Positions 51,851-60,742 of a DNA stretch of 64,000 nt are shown one piece after another. The number at the start of each line of letters is the position of its first letter. Position 1 is the stretch's first letter. This DNA comes from Glaciecola sp. Its GTDB lineage: Bacteria > Pseudomonadota > Gammaproteobacteria > Enterobacterales > Alteromonadaceae. Both the position numbers and the translations under genes were made by a program. Under the pieces are notes generated by a model. That model was given only the letters and a program-made list of their open reading frames with translations, searched no databases and had not been told where the DNA came from. The stretch is from contig JBLIKA010000004.1 in assembly GCA_047637355.1 (NCBI GenBank), positions 21,770-85,769 of the forward strand, written 5' to 3'.

Positions 51851-52945
51851 CTATTCGTGCCTTTTCTTAATAGGTAAATAGAGGGTAAATTCCGTGTGTC
51901 CTGGATAACTCTCTACATCAATTTTGCCATCGTGGTGGTTAGTTAGATTTTGCGCTATCGATAAACCCAAGCCACTGCCATTTTGCTTTGTTGTCACCAT
52001 TGGATAAAATATGGTATCTCTGAGCTCCTTAGGAATGCCCGGCCCATTGTCAATGATACTAATTAATGCGCTTAGCCCATAACGTTTGCCTTTGATCACT
52101 GATTGTCTTTCAATGCGGGTTTTTAGCCTTATACATGCATTTTGTGTTTTGTCTGATTTCAATGCTTGCATACTATTTCGTGCAATATTTAGCAACGCTT
52201 GCTGCAACATGTCAGGATCAACATATAGGTCTGGTATTGATGGGTCATAGTCCCTTTCTATTTCTATCGCTATATCCTGTAGCGTATCAGCATAAATAAC
52301 TGAACGTACTTTCTCAATAACTTCATGAATATTGGTCCACTTCATTTGTGGCAAAGAATTTGGACCAAGAAGTCTATCAACTAATGAACACAGGCGATCT
52401 GATTGATCAATAATCATCTGCGTGAATTCTTTTTGTTCTGGATTGGTCAGTTCTTTTTCGAGTAACTGCGCCGCGCCACGAATACCACCTAGAGGATTTT
52501 TAATTTCATGAGCTAAACCTCGGACGAGCTCCTTCGCCGCTTCTTGTTGGGCATATTGCAAGGTTTCTTGGGTTATTTTTTTCTGCTTATCAATTTGCTT
52601 TATTTCTAGCAACATCATGCGTTGACCATCAATATCGAAACAAGTCGCCGTCATATCGGTCAATATACAACGTCCATCTTTAAAGCAAAGTTGTACCTCG
52701 GTTTCACTAAAGTCTTCATAATTACGAAGTGCGTCTTCAAAGGTCGAGCGCTCAACTCCACCGTCCAAAAAGAACTCATAGAATTTGCGATCATGAATTT
52801 GTTTCAATCCCGTTTCCAGCATCGCTAGGGCAGCATCATTGACATATAGAATATCAAAATGCTCATCAATAATGATGACTACTGTTTTCAACATATTACG
52901 AAGTTGAAACGGCGATAAATTTATTGCTGCTAAACGGTCGTCCAT
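51851..52945 (-). CDS. glnL: Nitrogen regulation sensor histidine kinase NtrB
   Basis: PAS N-terminus, H-box LAHEIKNPLGGIRGAAQLL and N/G boxes. ATG 52945 (MDDRL) aligns with the E. coli NtrB N-terminus. Confidence 0.95.
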   Translation of the reverse strand: MDDRLAAINLSPFQLRNMLKTVVIIIDEHFDILYVNDAALAMLETGLKQIHDRKFYEFFLDGGVERSTFEDALRNYEDFSETEVQLCFKDGRCILTDMTATCFDIDGQRMMLLEIKQIDKQKKITQETLQYAQQEAAKELVRGLAHEIKNPLGGIRGAAQLLEKELTNPEQKEFTQMIIDQSDRLCSLVDRLLGPNSLPQMKWTNIHEVIEKVRSVIYADTLQDIAIEIERDYDPSIPDLYVDPDMLQQALLNIARNSMQALKSDKTQNACIRLKTRIERQSVIKGKRYGLSALISIIDNGPGIPKELRDTIFYPMVTTKQNGSGLGLSIAQNLTNHHDGKIDVESYPGHTEFTLYLPIKKRHE

Positions 52946-52958
52946 AATGTCCTTGTGC

Positions 52959-52975
52959 TGCACTAAGTTTGTGCA
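52959..52975. promoter_or_regulatory. NtrC-type operator at the glnL promoter
   Basis: TGCACTAAGTTTGTGCA compared with the E. coli consensus TGCACCA-N3-TGGTGCA. It lies 14-30 nt upstream of the glnL ATG, with TATAGT/TAATAT -10-like hexamers immediately upstream on the minus strand. Confidence 0.65.
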
Positions 52976-53087
52976 ATGCACTATATTATGCGATTTAGTT
53001 ACGTAATTAAATAAACGTTAGAAATTAGCTTGCCTGCCTATATTCTCGATTAAACAGAGAAATGTAAGGTCTGCAATGCGGTATTAT

Positions 53088-53639
53088 TTAATTACTGTTA
53101 GTTTGAGGCTTGATTAGCGCTGAAGGTTTGTGCATAAAAAAGCGTCTTACTGCAGACGATGCAATTACCTTGCCCGAAGTGCTAACAAAATTGATTTGGT
53201 AGGAATACTCACCTCTAGGCAGGTCCTTAACTAAAAATGTACCTGTAGTAGAGCGAAGTTTTTGCTCATGCAATGAAAGTTCGTAATGGCCTGGAGCATT
53301 TGGCGTTACTGAAGCGCTGATGGTTACGTTACCCATTGTGTTTCGAATAGTCCCATCAATAGCGGGAGAAGCAACGCTTATTTCATGTTCAACGGGTTTT
53401 TTCTGTTTAATGATTTTAAGCTGTTTCGTTTTAACAGTTGGATTTTGTACTACAGTCGTCGTGTTAGAAGCAAAATCTACTTCAACAGCTCCTGGCGTTG
53501 GTTGGTCTGAATAGGTAGTTGTTCCGTCTTTGTTTACCGTTTTATATATTTTACCTGCGTGCACAGAATTCGACAGTGCTAGACCAAAGATGATCAGTAC
53601 CATAAAACGTTTTGATGTTAAGAACTTAGCTATATTCAT
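53088..53639 (-). CDS. DUF4124 domain-containing secreted protein
   Basis: Signal peptide followed by KIYKTVNKDGTTTYSDQP (DUF4124 signature). Located between glnA and glnL. Confidence 0.75.
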   Translation of the reverse strand: MNIAKFLTSKRFMVLIIFGLALSNSVHAGKIYKTVNKDGTTTYSDQPTPGAVEVDFASNTTTVVQNPTVKTKQLKIIKQKKPVEHEISVASPAIDGTIRNTMGNVTISASVTPNAPGHYELSLHEQKLRSTTGTFLVKDLPRGEYSYQINFVSTSGKVIASSAVRRFFMHKPSALIKPQTNSN

Positions 53640-53684
53640 ATAAGTGACCTACGTGACATCATAACAGTGTAGTCGTTTTCGAAT

Positions 53685-53712
53685 AAAAAAAAAGCCTGTA
53701 AACACAGGCTTT
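53685..53712 (-). terminator. Rho-independent terminator after glnA
   Basis: The minus-strand RNA reads AAAGCCUGU-GUUU-ACAGGCUUU followed by a U-run. Confidence 0.85.
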
Positions 53713-53793
53713 AGTATAGATATTTATATTTAGTTAAAGCGGAGCCAATGAATGGTTAACTTATCGACCCAGGACAACCTAAATAATTAGCGC

Positions 53794-55203
53794 TTATACA
53801 CTGTAGTACATTTCAAATTCAACGGGGTGAGTTGACATATTTAATTTTTCAACGTCAGCAGACTTCAGCTTAATGTAAGCGTCGATCATGTCGTTGCTCA
53901 TTACGCCACCAACCGTTAAGAAGTCACGGTCTGTATCTAGTGCCGCTAAAGCTTCTTCTAGTGAACTAGCAACTTTAGGGATCTGCGCCGCTTCTTCAGG
54001 TGGTAAGTCGTATAAATCTTTGTTCATTGACTCGCCTGGGTGGATCTTATTCTTTATTCCGTCAAGACCAGCCATCAACAAAGCAGTAAACGCTAAGTAT
54101 GGATTAGCTGATGGGTCAGGGAAACGAACTTCGATGCGACGTGCTCTTTCACTCGTTACGTAAGGAATACGAATGGAAGCCGAACGGTTGCGCGCTGAGT
54201 AAGCTAACATAACTGGTGCTTCGAAACCTGGGACCAAACGCTTGTAAGAGTTGGTTGACGCATTGGCAAAAGCATTGATTGCCTTCGCATGTTTTATAAT
54301 GCCGCCGATATAGAACAATGCTTCGTCAGAAAGGCCCGCATAGCTGTCGCCAGCAAAGGTGTTTTTGCCGTCTTTGGTAATTGACATATGGCAATGCATA
54401 CCAGAACCATTATCGCCGACTAGAGGCTTCGGCATAAAGGTAGCAGTTTGGCCGTATGCGTCTGCAACGTTATGCACTACATACTTGTATATTTGAATTT
54501 CGTCTGCTTTTTTAACCATTGTATTAAATTTACAGGCTATTTCATTTTGTCCTGCAGTGGCAACTTCATGGTGATGAGCTTCAACAACTAAACCCATTTC
54601 TTCCATAACCAGACACATTGCTCCACGCGTATCATGCGCAGAATCGACTGGAGCTACAGGGAAATATCCGCCTTTAACGCCAGGACGATGACCTTTATTA
54701 CCACCTTCGAATTCAGCACCAGAGTTCCAAGCCGCTTCTTCAGCATCAATTTTGAAAAACGAACCAGACATATCTGTGTGGTAGCGAACGTCGTCGAATA
54801 AAAAGAATTCTGGCTCTGGGCCAAATAACACAGCATCTCCGATGCCAGTGGATTTCAAATAGGCTTCACCACGTTTAGCAACTGAACGCGGGTCACGATC
54901 ATAACCTTGCATCGTTGATGGCTCGAGAACGTCGCAAGTAATATTAATTTGGGTCTCTTCAGCGAACGGGTCTAAAACCGCCGTTGTAGGATCTGGCATA
55001 AGCACCATGTCAGACTCATTGATGCCTTTCCAGCCGGCAATTGATGAACCGTCGAACATTTTGCCTTCTTCAAAGAAGTCTTCATCTACTTGGTGTGTAG
55101 GGATAGTAACATGCTGCTCTTTACCCTTTGTATCCGTAAAGCGCAAATCAATAAATTTTGCTTCGCTTTCTTTAATTAGCTCTAGTGCCGACTCAATTGA
55201 CAT
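53794..55203 (-). CDS. glnA: Glutamine synthetase type I
   Basis: [25 protein letters not shown]-terminus and 469 aa collinear with GlnA, including the adenylylation-site region (NLYDLPPEE-like [10 protein letters not shown]). GGAGGG RBS before ATG 55203. Confidence 0.97.
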   Translation of the reverse strand: MSIESALELIKESEAKFIDLRFTDTKGKEQHVTIPTHQVDEDFFEEGKMFDGSSIAGWKGINESDMVLMPDPTTAVLDPFAEETQINITCDVLEPSTMQGYDRDPRSVAKRGEAYLKSTGIGDAVLFGPEPEFFLFDDVRYHTDMSGSFFKIDAEEAAWNSGAEFEGGNKGHRPGVKGGYFPVAPVDSAHDTRGAMCLVMEEMGLVVEAHHHEVATAGQNEIACKFNTMVKKADEIQIYKYVVHNVADAYGQTATFMPKPLVGDNGSGMHCHMSITKDGKNTFAGDSYAGLSDEALFYIGGIIKHAKAINAFANASTNSYKRLVPGFEAPVMLAYSARNRSASIRIPYVTSERARRIEVRFPDPSANPYLAFTALLMAGLDGIKNKIHPGESMNKDLYDLPPEEAAQIPKVASSLEEALAALDTDRDFLTVGGVMSNDMIDAYIKLKSADVEKLNMSTHPVEFEMYYSV

Positions 55204-55301
55204 ACTGCCCTCCGATAAAAAAATGTCCTTGCACAGACTTCGCGTCCACACAAATGTTAAAACTATTCTATAAGCTTTCAAAATAGCTGTTTAAAACTAT
55301 A

Positions 55302-55317
55302 AGCGATATTCGTGCCA
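55302..55317 (-). promoter_or_regulatory. Sigma-54 promoter (glnAp2-type)
   Basis: The minus strand reads TGGCAC-GAATA-TCGCT with canonical GG/GC spacing. As I recall it, E. coli glnAp2 is TGGCACAGATTTCGCT. It lies about 100 nt upstream of the glnA ATG. Confidence 0.85.
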
Positions 55318-55363
55318 TATAGCAATGAAATAAAAGTCCTCGTAAACACTGGCTTGGCATTGA

Positions 55364-55456
55364 GGTGCGCATTAAATGGCACCACCTCCCTGCACCAAAA
55401 AGATCCCAAAAGAGATTAATTTGGTGCAAAAACATTTTAATGTGTTTATTTGGTGC
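55364..55456. promoter_or_regulatory. Cluster of five NtrC-type half-sites (GGTGC / GCACC), the putative enhancer for glnAp2
   Basis: GGTGC at 55364, 55423 and 55452. GCACC at 55379 and 55392. TGCACCA and TGGTGCA heptamers are present, but no perfect 17-mer dyad. The cluster lies 47-140 bp upstream of the -24 element. Confidence 0.55.
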
Positions 55457-55642
55457 ATATTGATAAGCAATAACCGATTTAAGCTGACTTCGTTGCTTAC
55501 CAAAAATCGTTTTTCTGTATTAAAAAATTATTATGCAAGAAAATCAGCTACTTTTCGGTCGTATTGTCGTAAATAAATATAACGATATAAGCTAATATAA
55601 CTTACGCAAAATTTTGCCGACAAAATAACGAGACTGGATGAT

Positions 55643-56278
55643 ATGATGAATTATGTGAAAATTGCTTTTTTTACGCTAGTAATTAGTTTTACTGGATGTG
55701 TTTCGTGGGTATTTGCAAAGAGTCCGTTTAACGATATGCCAGAGGGTGTTTATACCCTCGATTTGAGTCATGCATCGGTAGTTTGGAAAGTGTCACATTT
55801 GGGCTTATCCAATTATGTTGCTCGGTTTGCAGATTTTGATGCCGCTATTGATTACGATTCTTCGGATATTACAAAAAGCACAGTGACTGTCAAAATTAAT
55901 CCTATGTCGATTCAAACGGCTTATCCGAATGCCAAAGAGAAGGATTTTAATAATATTCTTGCTACAGACAAAAACTGGTTCAATGCTGCTGAATTTGCCA
56001 GTATCGACTTCGTTTCTACCTCAATAGAAATGACTGGAGAGAAAACTGCGGTGATGCAAGGCAATCTTACCTTCTTGGGTTTATCTAGAACCGTTTCGCT
56101 TGATGTTAAATTTAATGGCGCGATGCTAAAGCAGCCTTTTAATGGCAAACCAACGATGGGATTTTCTGCAACCACAATGATAAAACGTACAAACTGGGGA
56201 ATGGACAAATATGCACCGAATATTGGTGATGACGTTGAAGTGCTGATTGAAGGCGAGTTTGTTAAAACAGATGGTTAA
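55643..56278 (+). CDS. yceI: YceI-family periplasmic (polyisoprenoid-binding-like) protein
   Basis: Signal peptide. Y.LD..HS.V.W.V.H.G.S...ARF..F.A and the C-terminal DDVEV.IEGEF pattern of YceI. Confidence 0.85.
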   Translation: MMNYVKIAFFTLVISFTGCVSWVFAKSPFNDMPEGVYTLDLSHASVVWKVSHLGLSNYVARFADFDAAIDYDSSDITKSTVTVKINPMSIQTAYPNAKEKDFNNILATDKNWFNAAEFASIDFVSTSIEMTGEKTAVMQGNLTFLGLSRTVSLDVKFNGAMLKQPFNGKPTMGFSATTMIKRTNWGMDKYAPNIGDDVEVLIEGEFVKTDG

Positions 56279-56849
56279 CAACCTCACTGGCAAGCAAAAT
56301 CGATATCATAGTCTAAGTATTTTATTGCATTGGACGGTAGTTATTGGGCTTTTATTTATGTTTGCGAGTGGCTTGTATATGGTCAACGGAGACATCAGTA
56401 AGGCAGATCAATACAAGCTCTTTCAAATCCACAAAGCAGCCGGCGTTGTAATGTTGTGGGCTTTACTTATCCGCGTTAGTGTGCGAGTGCTTATTCCTGC
56501 TCCTGAGCTCCCTGAAGGATTTTCAAGGAACGACAAGGTAAAAGCAAAAACAGGACATCTAGTGTTGTACATCGCTGTTGTTATTATGCCTTTATCCGGC
56601 TGGCTAATGGTATCGGCGAGTCCTTTTGGCCTACCCACTTTTGTATTTGTTGACTGGATAAAATGGCCCCATATTCCTGGCGTCGCTCGGAACAAAGTAA
56701 TTGAAACGATTGCAAACAATACACATTGGATAACGGCATCAATTTTGTCTGCACTTATTATCGGCCACGTCGGGGCCGTTATCTGGCATAGAAAGAAACA
56801 CGGGGTGAATTTATTGAATCGTATTTGGTGGTCAAAGGCTAAAAGATAG
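56271..56849 (+). CDS. Cytochrome b561 family protein (CybB/YceJ-like)
   Basis: RYHSLSILLHW...HKAAG...H..LY......PLSGW...H......GH..AA.WH is the four-helix di-haem His pattern. ATG 56271 overlaps the yceI stop. Confidence 0.88.
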   Translation: MVNNLTGKQNRYHSLSILLHWTVVIGLLFMFASGLYMVNGDISKADQYKLFQIHKAAGVVMLWALLIRVSVRVLIPAPELPEGFSRNDKVKAKTGHLVLYIAVVIMPLSGWLMVSASPFGLPTFVFVDWIKWPHIPGVARNKVIETIANNTHWITASILSALIIGHVGAVIWHRKKHGVNLLNRIWWSKAKR

Positions 56850-56892
56850 ACCATTCGATATCCTCCCAGCTTATATTTTGGAAAACGGTAAA

Positions 56893-57510
56893 ATGTTAAA
56901 AACACACTTTAAATTTGAGAGCACAACAAAGCCCTCGACAGAGAAAAAAAGCTATTACTTCTCTTTTACTACTCTTGTAATGGTTTTGCTGGTTGCGGGT
57001 ATTGATTCAGCGCAGGCATCGAGTCAAGAAAAACTAACCGTCAGTGCAAAAGGTAGTCAAATTACCTTTGCAGGCGAACATGTTGGTATGACCTTTTCAG
57101 GCGTTTTTAACAAGTGGGATGCCGAACTTATATTACCACCCGAAACATCACCAAAAATAATAGCGACGTTTGATGTTGCGTCTGCCAAAACCGGGGACAG
57201 CACTTACGACAGCACATTACCTGAGGGGGATTGGTTTGATGTTGAAAATCACCCCACAGGTGTATTTAAAAGCAGTCAAATTATCGCTAAAGACAATGAT
57301 TACCAAGTAACGGGGACGTTAACATTGCGCGGCATCAGCCAACCAGTTTCATTCTTATTAAAGAATAACAGCACAACATTAACGGCAAGTTTCAGTATAG
57401 ACCGACTCGCGTATAAAATCGGAATGGATTCAGATCCTGACGCTGAATGGGTGAGCAAAGAAATAAAAATGACGTTAACCCTGCTCAAAGAAAATAAAAA
57501 GGAGATTTAA
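56893..57510 (+). CDS. yceI: Second YceI-family periplasmic protein
   Basis: Signal peptide and YceI-like body (GS.ITFAGEH.GM.FSG.F..W.A, GTLTLRGISQPV). Confidence 0.8.
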   Translation: MLKTHFKFESTTKPSTEKKSYYFSFTTLVMVLLVAGIDSAQASSQEKLTVSAKGSQITFAGEHVGMTFSGVFNKWDAELILPPETSPKIIATFDVASAKTGDSTYDSTLPEGDWFDVENHPTGVFKSSQIIAKDNDYQVTGTLTLRGISQPVSFLLKNNSTTLTASFSIDRLAYKIGMDSDPDAEWVSKEIKMTLTLLKENKKEI

Positions 57511-57701
57511 AGTCAACGGAAATCTAAATGTGCAGTTAAATAGATGGCTCGTAGCTTGAAAATCAAGGATTTATTCCAGTTTTGATTGTTTTTTGTGACT
57601 AAATGATAAAGTTTGTCGCTAATTGCTGAATAAATCTGTAGAATCCGCGCCCAACAATCTAAGGGGTTTTTCCCTTCGCATTTATTTATTGAGAGTAAAA
57701 C

Positions 57702-59531
57702 ATGCCTTCAGCCATTGCAAATCTTCGCAATATCGCGATTATCGCTCACGTCGACCACGGTAAAACGACCCTAGTTGATAAGCTTCTTCAACAATCAGGC
57801 ACATTAGAAAGCCGAGGTGTAGCCGAAGAACGCGTAATGGATTCAAACGACATTGAAAAAGAACGTGGTATTACGATCCTTGCTAAAAACACAGCGATTA
57901 ACTGGAATGAATACCGCATCAATATCGTGGATACTCCAGGACACGCTGACTTCGGTGGTGAAGTTGAACGTGTTATGTCTATGGTCGACTCTGTGCTCCT
58001 ATTAGTAGACGCGCAAGAAGGACCGATGCCGCAAACGCGTTTCGTAACACAAAAAGCTTTCGCACAAGGTCTTAAGCCAATCGTTGTTATCAATAAAATT
58101 GACAAGCCAGGTGCACGTCCTGATTGGGTAGTTGATCAAGTATTCGATCTTTTTGACAATCTAGGTGCTACTGACGAACAGCTTGACTTCCAAGTTGTTT
58201 ATGCGTCTGCAATTAATGGCTGGGCAACAATGGATTACAACGTGCCTAGTGACAGCATGCAGCCTTTGTTTCAGGCTATCGTTGACCAAGTAGAAGCGCC
58301 AAACGGCGACCCTGCGGCTCCGTTACAAATGCAAATTTCACAACTTGATTACAATTCTTATGTTGGTGTAATTGGTGTTGGCCGCATCACTAGCGGTACC
58401 GTAAAGATAAATCAGCAAGTGACTGTGGTAAACGCCAAAGGCGAGAAGCGTAATGGTAAAGTTGGTAAAGTATTAGGTTATTTAGGCCTCGAACGCCATG
58501 ATATTGAATCTGCAGATGCAGGGGATATTGTTGCAATTACTGGTTTAGGTGAGTTAAAAATTTCCGATACAGTGTGTGACGTTAACCACGTTGTAGCGCT
58601 TAAACCTTTATCTGTAGACGAACCAACTGTTATCATGACTTTCCAAGTAAACACGTCTCCATTTGCAGGTAAAGAAGGTAAGTACGTTACATCACGCAAT
58701 ATCCTTGAACGCTTACAACACGAATTAGTGCACAACGTTGCCCTGCGTGTTGAAGAGATGAGCGATCCTGATAAATTTAGGGTTTCTGGTCGTGGTGAAC
58801 TTCACTTGGGTATATTGATTGAAAACATGCGGCGAGAAGGTTACGAGTTAGCAGTATCTCGTCCAGAAGTTATTCTGAAAACGGTAGATGGCAAGCTGAT
58901 GGAACCGTTCGAAACATTGACGATCGATGTTGAAGAACAACATCAAGGTGCTATGATTGAGCAACTTGGTATGCGTAAAGGTGAAATGACGAACATGACA
59001 CCAGACGGCAAGGGTCGCACACGTGTCGACTTCATCATTCCAAGTCGTGGCTTGATTGGTTTTCAAACTGACTTCATGACAATGACATCGGGTTCTGGAT
59101 TGATTTATCATTCGTTTGACCATTATGGCCCGCACAAAGGCGGAAGTATTGGCACACGTAAAAATGGTGTACTGATTGCTAACGCTACAGGTAAAGCACT
59201 TACCAATGCAATATTTAACTTGCAAGAACGTGGTCGCATGTTTATTGGACATGGTATTGAAGTTTATGAAGGTATGATTATCGGTATTCACAGCCGTGAA
59301 AACGACTTAACTGTGAATGCGCTTAAAGGCAAACAGTTAACCAATGTTCGTGCTTCAGGTACTGATGAAGCACAGACCTTAGTACCACCAATTGTTTATA
59401 CACTTGAGCAAGCGCTAGAATTTATAGATGACGATGAGTTAGTGGAAGTAACACCGCTGAGCATACGCCTTCGTAAAAAGTTATTGTCTGAGAACGAGCG
59501 TAAGCGAGCTGGTCGTCCTAAAAAGGATTAG
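57702..59531 (+). CDS. bipA: Translational GTPase BipA/TypA
   Basis: [31 protein letters not shown] and NKID G-motifs. 609 aa, collinear with E. coli BipA. Confidence 0.97.
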   Translation: MPSAIANLRNIAIIAHVDHGKTTLVDKLLQQSGTLESRGVAEERVMDSNDIEKERGITILAKNTAINWNEYRINIVDTPGHADFGGEVERVMSMVDSVLLLVDAQEGPMPQTRFVTQKAFAQGLKPIVVINKIDKPGARPDWVVDQVFDLFDNLGATDEQLDFQVVYASAINGWATMDYNVPSDSMQPLFQAIVDQVEAPNGDPAAPLQMQISQLDYNSYVGVIGVGRITSGTVKINQQVTVVNAKGEKRNGKVGKVLGYLGLERHDIESADAGDIVAITGLGELKISDTVCDVNHVVALKPLSVDEPTVIMTFQVNTSPFAGKEGKYVTSRNILERLQHELVHNVALRVEEMSDPDKFRVSGRGELHLGILIENMRREGYELAVSRPEVILKTVDGKLMEPFETLTIDVEEQHQGAMIEQLGMRKGEMTNMTPDGKGRTRVDFIIPSRGLIGFQTDFMTMTSGSGLIYHSFDHYGPHKGGSIGTRKNGVLIANATGKALTNAIFNLQERGRMFIGHGIEVYEGMIIGIHSRENDLTVNALKGKQLTNVRASGTDEAQTLVPPIVYTLEQALEFIDDDELVEVTPLSIRLRKKLLSENERKRAGRPKKD

Positions 59532-59563
59532 TCTGGCGCCTCAACTCCGTTAGTAGATGAATT

Positions 59564-59588
59564 AAACCCAGCAATTGCTGGGTTTTTT
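59564..59588 (+). terminator. Rho-independent terminator after bipA
   Basis: AAACCCAGC-aatt-GCTGGGTTT followed by a T-run. Confidence 0.85.
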
Positions 59589-59695
59589 ATTATCAACTAG
59601 CCATGTAACAAACATTGTAAAAAACTGAACCTATTAATGACTTTTAACGTAGACTTTGGTCTATAAAATCAAAAACTCAATGAGATAATTTGTTT

Positions 59696-60742
59696 ATGAC
59701 GATTCGCCGAAGTTACCTACCTATGTTTGTATTCACGTTAGTTTTTGCCAGCACTGTGAATGCCCAGTCTTGGGGTGGTAGAGGTGAAAGTAAAACTAAA
59801 GTGTTGGTTGAGCCTTTGGCGTATCAAGCTCAGCAATCTAGTCTTGAAGCTGTAGGCACTGCGGAAGCGGTGAAATCCATTATTTTATTCCCAGCGGTTA
59901 GTGAAAGAGTGATTTCGGTCAACTTCGTTCCTGGTCAAAAAGTTGAAAAGGACCACGTTTTATTAACACTTTATAACGAACGTGAGGCAATTGCATTCGA
60001 ACGCGGGAAAATACAGTTAAACGACGCAACAAGAGAATACAACCGCTTAGTAGAGAGTCGCAAAAAAGGCGCTGCAGCTCAGAGCCAAGTAGATATTGCT
60101 AGTACACAGCTCGCCTTTGCAGAAATTGCCGTAAAGGAAGCAGAAGTTGCGCTAAGAGAACGGATTATCAAAGCTCCTTTTAGCGGTATTGTTGGCTTCA
60201 CTGACGTGGAGGTTGGTGACCGTATTACCCAACAAACCAGAATCACTACGCTGGATGATAGAAAGACGCTTTTTATTAATTTTTCAGCACCTGAAGTAGC
60301 ATTGGCAGTCCTCAGCAGTCAGCCTGAAGTAACATTAACTCCTTGGCAAAACCGCAGCGTTAATATTAGCGCTAGCATCGCTCAAATAGACACCCGAATT
60401 AGTGAACTTGACCGGACAATCAAAGTTAGGGCAAAATTAAATAATATCGACGATAAATATCGACCCGGTATGAGCTTCAGAGTGAAGTTGTCGGTTGAAG
60501 GCCAGGAATATGTTGCTATTCCTGAAGCAGCGCTATTGTGGGGTGCGACTGGCGCATACGTTTGGCAAATGTTTGATGGCAAAGCCAATAGAGTAGATGT
60601 GCAGATACAAGAACGCTTACGTGGGACAATTTTAGTAATTGGAGAATTTAACGCTGAGGCAATGCTGGTGGTGGAAGGTGTGCAACAGTTGCGACAGGGG
60701 CAAAGTCTTGAGGCGTTAAATAAGCCTGAGGTCGTGTCATGA
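59696..60742 (+). CDS. RND efflux periplasmic adaptor (membrane fusion protein)
   Basis: Signal/anchor, then barrel-sandwich and coiled-coil hairpin (QLNDATREYNRL...QLAFAEIAVKEAE), and I.APFSG.VG. Its stop overlaps the RND pump start (ATGA). Confidence 0.88.
   Translation: MTIRRSYLPMFVFTLVFASTVNAQSWGGRGESKTKVLVEPLAYQAQQSSLEAVGTAEAVKSIILFPAVSERVISVNFVPGQKVEKDHVLLTLYNEREAIAFERGKIQLNDATREYNRLVESRKKGAAAQSQVDIASTQLAFAEIAVKEAEVALRERIIKAPFSGIVGFTDVEVGDRITQQTRITTLDDRKTLFINFSAPEVALAVLSSQPEVTLTPWQNRSVNISASIAQIDTRISELDRTIKVRAKLNNIDDKYRPGMSFRVKLSVEGQEYVAIPEAALLWGATGAYVWQMFDGKANRVDVQIQERLRGTILVIGEFNAEAMLVVEGVQQLRQGQSLEALNKPEVVS

Noticed and set aside
55377-55397. Plus-strand TGGCAC that might be a sigma-54 promoter for the yceI operon
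   Set aside because: No GC dinucleotide is at the required -12 spacing (TGGCAC-CACCT-CCCTG). It is more simply read as NtrC-type half-sites.
55376-55576. 66-aa ORF in the glnA / yceI intergenic region
   Set aside because: It covers the NtrC half-site cluster, has a Lys/Ile-rich low-complexity sequence and lacks an RBS.
56423-56905. 160-aa minus-strand ORF opposite cytochrome b561
   Set aside because: The plus-strand ORF has the conserved four-His cytochrome b561 pattern and operon context. The antisense ORF has none.
58848-59291. 147-aa minus-strand ORF inside bipA. The same class of antisense ORFs occurs at 61536-61976, 37820-38233, 29413-29811, 27788-28183, 19527-19904, 23945-24289 and 16976-17254.
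   Set aside because: All are embedded antisense in genes with strong, full-length homology. They are typical chance ORFs.
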